NCBI GenBank assembly: GCA_036679645.1
Contig: JAZDCY010000042.1
Coordinates: 96,001 to 160,000 of the forward strand
Reading direction: 5' to 3'
Length of the DNA stretch: 64,000 bases
DNA from: Gemmatimonadota bacterium
GTDB taxonomy: Bacteria > Gemmatimonadota > Gemmatimonadetes > Gemmatimonadales > GWC2-71-9
Below are positions 57,300 through 64,000 of this stretch, one piece after another; position 1 is the stretch's first letter; each line of letters begins with the position of its first letter. Below the pieces are notes generated by a model. That model did not search any database, was not told the origin of the DNA, and saw nothing but the letters and a program-made list of their open reading frames with translations. A program made the position numbers and the translations under genes.

Positions 57300-58406
57300 A
57301 TGCGCGTTGCCGTCGTCGGACTCGGAGAAGCCGCAGTCGGTCTTCACCTCCCCGCCCTGGCCCGGATCTCATCGGCGTCACTCGCGGGCGTTTTCGATAC
57401 GGACACCGATTGCAGCACCGCCGCGGCGCGCCGGTTCGGGGTCCCGGCCTTTGAGTCGTTCGACCGGCTCCTGGAAATAGCACGTCCGGAAGTCGTCGTT
57501 GTCGGTACACCCCCGAGGTTCCACGAGGAATACTGTCTGACGAGCCTCGATGCCGGGGCACACGTGATCTGCGAGAAACCCTTCGCAACGAGCGTCGCCG
57601 AAGCCGACCGCATCATCGCCGCCGCCGGTCGCGCCGACCGCATGGTCGCGCTGAATCATGAATTCCGCGAGATGCCGATTTTCCGGGCGCTCCATACTGC
57701 GGTATCGGACGGGAGCGTCGGTGATCTGGTCTTCGCCCAGCTATGGCAAAACGTGGACATGCCACCCTGGAACGAAACAGGGTGGAGGGGCGCGTTGCGT
57801 CACCGTACCCTGTTCGAAGCCGGCGTGCATCTCGTGGACCTCGCCATCACGCTCTTTCGGGAGCTTCCGATATCGGTTTGGGCCATGACGTCGGGCGCGG
57901 GAGGCAACGGCCGAGTCGACGCGATCGTGATCCTCACGCTCGAGTTCTCCGGCGACCGCGTCGTGCAAATCATCCAGAATCGCGTTTGCCGCGGCGAGAA
58001 CCAATACCTGGAGGCTCGGGTCGAGGGCACGCTGGGGTCTCTGCGCGCCTCATTCGGCGGTCGGGCACGCGTGAGCTTGGGCTTGCTGCGCAGCACCACG
58101 CCGCACCTCCGGCTCGAGTTCGGCGCTTCTGGTGTGGCGTGGCGAGAAACGGGAACGAAACGAACCGTCATCGGTCGCAATTCGAAGGACCCCGGCATGG
58201 AGGCGACACGCTCCCTCTTCGCCGACACGTTGAGCGCCTTCGCGCAGGGCAGCGTTCCTCCTGTGAGTGCGGCCGACGCTCGTGACATGATACAGATCAT
58301 CGCGGCCTCATATCTCAGTGCCGAGCGCGGTCGTCGAATCTCCCTCACCGACACTGATGCGATGCGTAGTGTGCACGAGTTCGATCTCGGAGCGACCGGA
58401 CCGTGA
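57300..58406 (+). CDS. Gfo/Idh/MocA oxidoreductase (close paralog of 43962-45068)
   Basis: VGLG, GTPP..H, VICEKP, NHEFREM, WQN...PPW.E.GWRG, SFGGRAR. Confidence 0.9.
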   Translation: MRVAVVGLGEAAVGLHLPALARISSASLAGVFDTDTDCSTAAARRFGVPAFESFDRLLEIARPEVVVVGTPPRFHEEYCLTSLDAGAHVICEKPFATSVAEADRIIAAAGRADRMVALNHEFREMPIFRALHTAVSDGSVGDLVFAQLWQNVDMPPWNETGWRGALRHRTLFEAGVHLVDLAITLFRELPISVWAMTSGAGGNGRVDAIVILTLEFSGDRVVQIIQNRVCRGENQYLEARVEGTLGSLRASFGGRARVSLGLLRSTTPHLRLEFGASGVAWRETGTKRTVIGRNSKDPGMEATRSLFADTLSAFAQGSVPPVSAADARDMIQIIAASYLSAERGRRISLTDTDAMRSVHEFDLGATGP

Positions 58407-59395
58407 CGGCAGGCCTGCGCACCGTGATCGTAGGCGCCGGTCTCATGGGGCGATGGCACGCACACGCCGTTCGTCATAGCGGCGGTCGGGTCATTGCGGT
58501 CGTAGATCGGGATCGCTCGCGAGCCGAGGCGCTGGCGCGTCGCCACGGAGCCGCCGTCGGAACGTCGCTCGACAGCTTCGTGGAGCTGGACTCGAGCGCG
58601 GTCGTTCACGTTTGCACGCCGCTTGCGACCCACGAAGATCTTGCGTCGGCCGCGATCGATCGGGGCGCACATGTACTCGTCGAAAAGCCAATTGCACCCG
58701 ACACAGCCGCCGCGACACGAATGCTCGACCGCGCCGCAGAGTCCGGCGTCCTCCTCTGTCCCGTCCATCAATTCGTCTTTCAGAGCGGGACACGGGAGGC
58801 ACAGACGATGATGGACCGCATTGCCCCTCTGCGCCATATCGATGCCCTCGCGTGTTCCGCAGGCGCGGAGGACCACGCTCCGGGAACCCCGGCGGCCATC
58901 GCGGCGGCGATCCTTCCCCACCCGCTGTCGCTGCTCCGCGCGGTCGCCGCCGATCACTTTCCCGCCTTCGTGTGGAGCGCGATCTCGCCAGTACCAGGCG
59001 AGATTCGCGTGACCGGTGCGGGAGACGACGTCACGGCAAGCATCCTGGTTTCGATGAGCGGCCGTCCGACGAGGAACACGTTGCATTTGATAGGGGAGGG
59101 TGGCAGCATCCACCTTGACCTGTTTCACGGCTTCGCGGTCATCGAAACACCCACCGTCTCGCGATGGCGCAAGATCACGCATCCGCTGCGCTTGCCCACG
59201 AAGACATTGACGCGTGCCATCTGGAACCTGCAGAAACGTGCCGTCCGACGCGAGCCGGCCTATCCCGGCCTGCGGGAGCTCGTCAGTCGCTTCTACGCCG
59301 CAGCAAGGACCGGCAGTCCGGCACCCATCTCGGCAAGCGAGACGCTCGACGTAGCCGCGGCGTGCGACGCGATTGCAGCACAACTCCCTCGCTAG
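58403..59395 (+). CDS. Gfo/Idh/MocA oxidoreductase
   Basis: VGAGLMG, VHVCTP...H, HVLVEKP. Confidence 0.88.
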   Translation: MTAGLRTVIVGAGLMGRWHAHAVRHSGGRVIAVVDRDRSRAEALARRHGAAVGTSLDSFVELDSSAVVHVCTPLATHEDLASAAIDRGAHVLVEKPIAPDTAAATRMLDRAAESGVLLCPVHQFVFQSGTREAQTMMDRIAPLRHIDALACSAGAEDHAPGTPAAIAAAILPHPLSLLRAVAADHFPAFVWSAISPVPGEIRVTGAGDDVTASILVSMSGRPTRNTLHLIGEGGSIHLDLFHGFAVIETPTVSRWRKITHPLRLPTKTLTRAIWNLQKRAVRREPAYPGLRELVSRFYAAARTGSPAPISASETLDVAAACDAIAAQLPR

Positions 59396-59526
59396 TCACG
59401 ACGCAATCACGCGGCGTTGTCAGAGCACTTCTGGAGCAACGCAGCGAGCAGGCGTACGAGCATTGCTCCGGCAACAGCGAAATCAGTACGCCCCGCATCG
59501 GGTGCTGGCGACGCACGGATCGGTAT

Positions 59527-60183
59527 CTACGCCCGATTGTTCCTATCCGCTCGACGACTGAGGAATCCCGCCGCTTGGCTCGCGAGCGTCACGGCGAACA
59601 GCACCGCAAATAGGACGATCAGCCGTGGCTGGCGATGCTCGATGATCTGATATGCCACGCCATGCGCCAGGACGGTTCCGGCGGCGACGTAGTTCCACCG
59701 CTGGATCGATTTCCACGTCTGCGTACCGAACCTCCGGAGTGACCAGTCGTTTGATACTGCAAGGAGCACTGCGATCACGAGCCCACCTGCGAGCCCAGTC
59801 CAATTGGCGAATCCAAAGACGTCGTACCGGAGCGGGATTCGGTACCGTTGCGGCTCTTCCCACACGAAGTAAAGCCACGGCTTTCCGCGGAGGTGCACGA
59901 AGAGGCCAACGCCCACATGCGCGAGCGCGTAGACGCCAGCCCAGATACCCACGTCGCGTCGGAAATCCATGCTCACCGGATTGGGAAGACGACGCAACAC
60001 GTTGTAGGGCCCAATGACCAGCGAGGCTGCCAGGAGCGCCAGTCCGACATAGCCGGTCGATATGCTCAGAAGCCACACGGCGTCTGTGCTGGTGAGGCCA
60101 AAGTAGAATGCCGCGGTCAGGAGGCCACTAACAATCCCCAGGATCACGTGCCGACGTCCGCGGCGGACCCAATAGCGCGTCAC
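59527..60183 (-). CDS. Ferric-reductase-like transmembrane protein (MsrQ/YedZ-like heme b protein)
   Basis: TGY, RRDVGIWA..YA.AH, LAVSND.S.R, WK.IQR.NY, H. Confidence 0.8.
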   Translation of the reverse strand: MTRYWVRRGRRHVILGIVSGLLTAAFYFGLTSTDAVWLLSISTGYVGLALLAASLVIGPYNVLRRLPNPVSMDFRRDVGIWAGVYALAHVGVGLFVHLRGKPWLYFVWEEPQRYRIPLRYDVFGFANWTGLAGGLVIAVLLAVSNDWSLRRFGTQTWKSIQRWNYVAAGTVLAHGVAYQIIEHRQPRLIVLFAVLFAVTLASQAAGFLSRRADRNNRA

Positions 60184-60501
60184 CCTAGCGTTCGATATGG
60201 ACGTCGCGACATGCGTTCATCGAGTCAGCCACCAGGCGAGTGAGTGCACCAACGCCGTGCAGTCACGGAGCATCGCGTTACAGCGCTTCGCAAGCCGATC
60301 TCGGCATTGAACACCGCATGAGCTTCACGAGGCGTTCGTAGTGAGCGACGACCTCGGTATGGAGCGATCACGTTGCATATCCCTCGGCGCTCTTGCTAAG
60401 TTTAAGAATGCACCCGGCGCAGCCCCGCGTGTTGTGTCAAACCAACCTCCCAACTGGTTACGTTCAGCATTCTCTTCTCTCGGAACATCGCGCGCCGCGG
60501 A

Positions 60502-61266
60502 GTGCCTATGAACTCAGGCGACGGAGAGCACCAGACCAGATCGGGTGAGTCCCCCCCCCTTCCACTCCAGGCCATTGGCGTTAGCAAGTCATACGGCGAA
60601 CTCCGCGCAGTCATCAATCTAGACCTGCGGGTGTGTGCCGGAGATATCTACTGCCTCCTCGGGCCCAACGGGGCCGGCAAGACCACCACCATCAATCTTT
60701 TTCTCAACTTCACGCGGCCGGACACGGGGACGCTCCGCATAGGGGGCCTAGACGTCACGGTTCACCCGCTCAGAACGAAGGACCGCATTGCCTATGTCCC
60801 CGAGCAGGTGATGCTGTACCGTAGCCTGACGGGCCTCGAGAACTTGAGATATTTCACCGCCCTTTCGGGAAACCCGCGCCTCCGCAAGGACGAACTGAGC
60901 GGGTTTCTCGAACGCGCGGGGTTGGCCGCCGAGGCCGCTAACCGGCGGGTCGGCACGTATTCCAAAGGCATGCGCCAGAAGGTGGGGATTGCGATGGCGA
61001 TGGCCAAGGGCGCCGATGCCCTCCTCTTGGACGAGCCCACGTCAGGTCTGGACCCCAAAGCAAGCAACGAGTTTTCCGCCCTACTCGTCCAACTGGCTAA
61101 CACCGGCGTCGGCATACTGATGGCTACTCACGATCTGTTTCGCGCCAGGGAAACCGGAACCCGGGTCGGGATCATGCGGCATGGGCAGCTCGTGACCGAG
61201 CTGAGCACGCAATCCCTCGGGCATGCCGATCTCGAGCAAATCTATCTGCAGCACATGCACGACTGA
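60502..61266 (+). CDS. ABC transporter ATP-binding protein
   Basis: GPNGAGKTT, YSKGMRQK, LLLDEPTSGLD, ATHD. Confidence 0.95.
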   Translation: MPMNSGDGEHQTRSGESPPLPLQAIGVSKSYGELRAVINLDLRVCAGDIYCLLGPNGAGKTTTINLFLNFTRPDTGTLRIGGLDVTVHPLRTKDRIAYVPEQVMLYRSLTGLENLRYFTALSGNPRLRKDELSGFLERAGLAAEAANRRVGTYSKGMRQKVGIAMAMAKGADALLLDEPTSGLDPKASNEFSALLVQLANTGVGILMATHDLFRARETGTRVGIMRHGQLVTELSTQSLGHADLEQIYLQHMHD

Positions 61267-62708
61267 TGCCAATCGAATTGGGAGCGATCGTTCGTATCGC
61301 TCGCAAGGAATTGCGTGAGATCGCACGATCCGGGCAACTGCGCTGGGCAGCCGTGATTGTCAGTGTGCTGTTCGCGACTTCTCTCCTCCTTGGCTGGCGC
61401 GGGCAACAACGCATTCGGGCTGAGCGCGATGCTGCGGAACAGGTGGCGCGCGCCCAATGGGATCGTCAACCACCCAAGAATCCCCACACGGCGGCACACT
61501 ATGGCATGTATCTCTTCAAGCCGCGGCCCATCTTGTCGTACTTCGACGAGGGAATCACCCGCTGGGCTGGCGTGTCGGTATACCTGGTGGCACACATTCA
61601 GAAAACCGTCGCCAACGCCGCCGCCGAGGACGCCACGACCGCACTGCGGTTCGGGACTCTCTCGCCAGCAAGCGTTCTCCAACTGTTCGTTCCGCTACTC
61701 GTCATCCTCTTGGCGAGCCCCATGTTTGCCGTGGAGCGGGAGCGGGGCACCCTGAAGCAACTCCTCAGCCTCGGCATACATCCCACGACGCTCCTCGTGG
61801 GCAAAGCTACAGGCGCCGCCGTGGCCCTACTGGCGCTGCTGCTACCGGCGCTCGCCGTCGGTATCGCGATCATGTGGATTGGCGCAGGCACTGCGGCGGT
61901 GGTGGGGCACGCGCCCCGCCTACTACTCATGGCTGCTACGTACGCTGCATACGCCACCATCTGGCTACTGCTCTCGCTCGCCATTTCTGCGTGGGCGAAG
62001 ACGGGTCGTGCGGCACTCGTGTCGCTCATGGGGTTCTGGCTGTTCAGCTCGATAGTTGCGCCCCGTGTGGGCGCGGACGTCGCGAAGCACGCGTTTCGCC
62101 CGCCGGTCGCGGTCGACCTGGAGGCGCAGATTCTCAATGAGATCGGCTCACGGGTTTACGGTCAACGAGGGGCGCAGCGTGTCGCGGTAATGGAAGCCCA
62201 AGTTCTCGCTCAATACGGTGTGGAACGCGTTGAGGACCTCCCTATCAGCCTGATCGGCGCACAACTCCAGGCGGGCGAGGACACAGCCGCTGTCATCATC
62301 GATGAGCACTACGATCGCCTCTGGGCAACGTTCGAACGGCAGCATGCGACCGTAAGGGTATTGGCGCTCGCGGCACCTTTCATCGCCATTCGCTCTCTCT
62401 CCCAGGGGCTCGCCGGTACGGATGTCGCCCACCACCGACACTTCGCCCAGGCCGCGGAGCAGTACCGCCGCCGGTTTGTGCGCGTGCTCAACGACGACAT
62501 CACGCGAAACGCATCGAACACCGACTATGCCCGGTACCGCGGCGACGTAGATCTCTGGCGCCGTGCGCCCACTTTTTCGTACGCGCCGCCGCCGCTGCGG
62601 GAGGTGCTGCGCAACACTGCGGTCGACGCCATGACCCTTGGGGGATGGCTCGTGGCATCACTACTCGCCGCCGTCCTGGCGGTCCGACGCGGGTCGCTCG
62701 CCGACTGA
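61266..62708 (+). CDS. ABC-2 type permease, DUF3526-containing
   Basis: IARKE, KNPHTAAHYG, ERERGTL, LAGTD...H..F...AE.YR. Confidence 0.88.
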   Translation: MPIELGAIVRIARKELREIARSGQLRWAAVIVSVLFATSLLLGWRGQQRIRAERDAAEQVARAQWDRQPPKNPHTAAHYGMYLFKPRPILSYFDEGITRWAGVSVYLVAHIQKTVANAAAEDATTALRFGTLSPASVLQLFVPLLVILLASPMFAVERERGTLKQLLSLGIHPTTLLVGKATGAAVALLALLLPALAVGIAIMWIGAGTAAVVGHAPRLLLMAATYAAYATIWLLLSLAISAWAKTGRAALVSLMGFWLFSSIVAPRVGADVAKHAFRPPVAVDLEAQILNEIGSRVYGQRGAQRVAVMEAQVLAQYGVERVEDLPISLIGAQLQAGEDTAAVIIDEHYDRLWATFERQHATVRVLALAAPFIAIRSLSQGLAGTDVAHHRHFAQAAEQYRRRFVRVLNDDITRNASNTDYARYRGDVDLWRRAPTFSYAPPPLREVLRNTAVDAMTLGGWLVASLLAAVLAVRRGSLAD

Positions 62709-62715
62709 TGCCGGC

Positions 62716-64000
62716 ATGACGCTCCGTCTCGCGCAGATTGTCCGACAAGAACTGCTCCGCGTTCGGCGGGAGACAACATCGTGGATCCTGATCCTGATGC
62801 TCGCCGCGGCGTCGCTGTACGCCGTGCTGAGTGGTGCGATCACCGTGCGGGGGTACATGGGCATGGTTGAGGGAAGCGCCCAGCGTCAGGCCGCCCGCGT
62901 GGCTAACCTGCTGCGTCAAGTGGAGAGTGGCCACGAGTTCGGTTTGTACGATCCCGCCGACCCGGGCGCTGTGGGGTTTACTCTGGCGCCCCAATGGGTT
63001 GCTCTGCCACCCGGGCCATTCGCCGGTCTCGCTACCGGCCTGGCGGATGTGCTTCCAGTATTCCACCGCACGAGCTTGGCCACGCGGCAGGCGCTTTCAG
63101 CAGCCGACGACGAGGAAGAGAACCCCGATCGCCTCGCGCTGGGTCGCTTCGACCTCGCGTTTGTTATCGTCTACCTGTTTCCGCTCGTGCTCCTGGCGCT
63201 CACCTACAATGTTGTCTCGGAGGAACGGGAATCGGGTACGCTGCCACTGCTCCTCACACAGTCGATAACCTTGGGCGAACTCCTAGCGGGAAAGATGATC
63301 GTGCGCGGTGGAGCGGCGATAGTGGTTGTGGTGGCTATCTCTGTATTGGGTGCAGCGCTCGCCTCCGTCCAACTGCGAGCCGGCCACTTCACGCCCATGC
63401 TGCTCGTCTGGGTCGGAGTGACGATCATCTACGCTGGTTTCTGGCTGTCCCTCGCCGCCGCCGTCAACGTGTACGGACGGCACTCGAGCACCAACGCCAC
63501 GATTCTGATCTCGGCCTGGTTGCTGCTCACGATCGTCGTGCCCACCACGCTCAACGTCCTCGCCGAGCAACTGCATCCCGTTCCCTCGCGCATTCTTCTC
63601 ACCAATGCCATCCGTGATGCTACCGCTACGGCCGAGGCAAGGGGCGCCGACTTGCTGTCATCCTTCTACGGCGACCACCCGGAATTGGTGGCGCGGGCGT
63701 CCGTGCCGGACATGCAATCCTACTTCGCCACCAAGCTTGCTGTGAGGGAAGCCGTGCGCGAGGAGTCACGTCCCATCCGGGAGGCGTTCGAGGCGCAACT
63801 CGCCCGGCAGCGTTCACTGGCTGACCGGTATCGATTCGCCTCCGCCGCACTCCTCATGGATGATGCACTCACGTCTCTCGCGGGGACCGACATCCGAAGA
63901 CACATCGAATATCTGCGACAAGTAGGGGTCTTCGAAGACACGTGGGAGGAGTTCTTTGCCCCACGTATTGTGAGCCGCAGTGGGATGACCGCACAAACGT
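62716..64000 (+). CDS. Second ABC-2/DUF3526 permease; runs off the window end
   Basis: ATG 62716 MTLRLAQIVRQE; ENPDRLALGRFDLAFVIVYLFPL, EERESGTLPLL, FYGDHPE, LAGTD; not in the ORF track because it has no stop in the window. Confidence 0.88.
   Translation, partial: MTLRLAQIVRQELLRVRRETTSWILILMLAAASLYAVLSGAITVRGYMGMVEGSAQRQAARVANLLRQVESGHEFGLYDPADPGAVGFTLAPQWVALPPGPFAGLATGLADVLPVFHRTSLATRQALSAADDEEENPDRLALGRFDLAFVIVYLFPLVLLALTYNVVSEERESGTLPLLLTQSITLGELLAGKMIVRGGAAIVVVVAISVLGAALASVQLRAGHFTPMLLVWVGVTIIYAGFWLSLAAAVNVYGRHSSTNATILISAWLLLTIVVPTTLNVLAEQLHPVPSRILLTNAIRDATATAEARGADLLSSFYGDHPELVARASVPDMQSYFATKLAVREAVREESRPIREAFEAQLARQRSLADRYRFASAALLMDDALTSLAGTDIRRHIEYLRQVGVFEDTWEEFFAPRIVSRSGMTAQT

Noticed and set aside
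57800..59383. 527-aa minus-strand ORF, and similar long ORFs at 50586-51827(-), 52979-54157(+), 46455-47522(-), 19325-20224(+)
   Set aside because: Shadow ORFs overlapping well-supported genes in GC-rich DNA, with no recognisable motifs

Overview
This is a GC-rich bacterial window; the Big-1 lipoprotein and carboxypeptidase-domain TonB receptors resemble Gemmatimonadota, which is an inference. Almost all of it (1-59400) is one large, mosaic surface-glycan/exopolysaccharide locus. It holds an AsnB-type amidotransferase, about 14 GT-A/GT-B/GT-C glycosyltransferases, a Wzy/O-antigen-ligase-like protein, a Wzx flippase, SGNH proteins and an AlgI-type MBOAT. It also holds a carbamoyltransferase-SxtJ-DUF5989 triad, XrtA/PEP-CTERM-associated deacetylase and FemAB-like genes, a DegT aminotransferase, three methyltransferases, three Gfo/Idh/MocA oxidoreductases, and a GDP-mannose 3,5-epimerase-like gene facing a GT2-GT10 fusion. 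It ends with an MsrQ-like protein and a DUF3526 ABC transporter. Reading the non-coding DNA shows four less obvious things. (1) Sigma54-type GG-N10-GC promoters recur, including an identical divergent pair found twice (49308-49393 and 54075-54181). (2) A 29-bp IHF-like quasi-palindrome recurs. (3) A TonB-dependent receptor gene is present as one intact copy plus broken remnants, and its promoter-bearing 5' stubs now sit in front of different glycan-modifying cassettes, one of them a lower-GC MBOAT insertion. (4) There are unusual fusions: LMW tyrosine phosphatase-GT4 and GT2-GT10. I saw no rRNA, tRNA, CRISPR array, transposase or integrase. All family calls come from motif recognition by eye, not from database searches.
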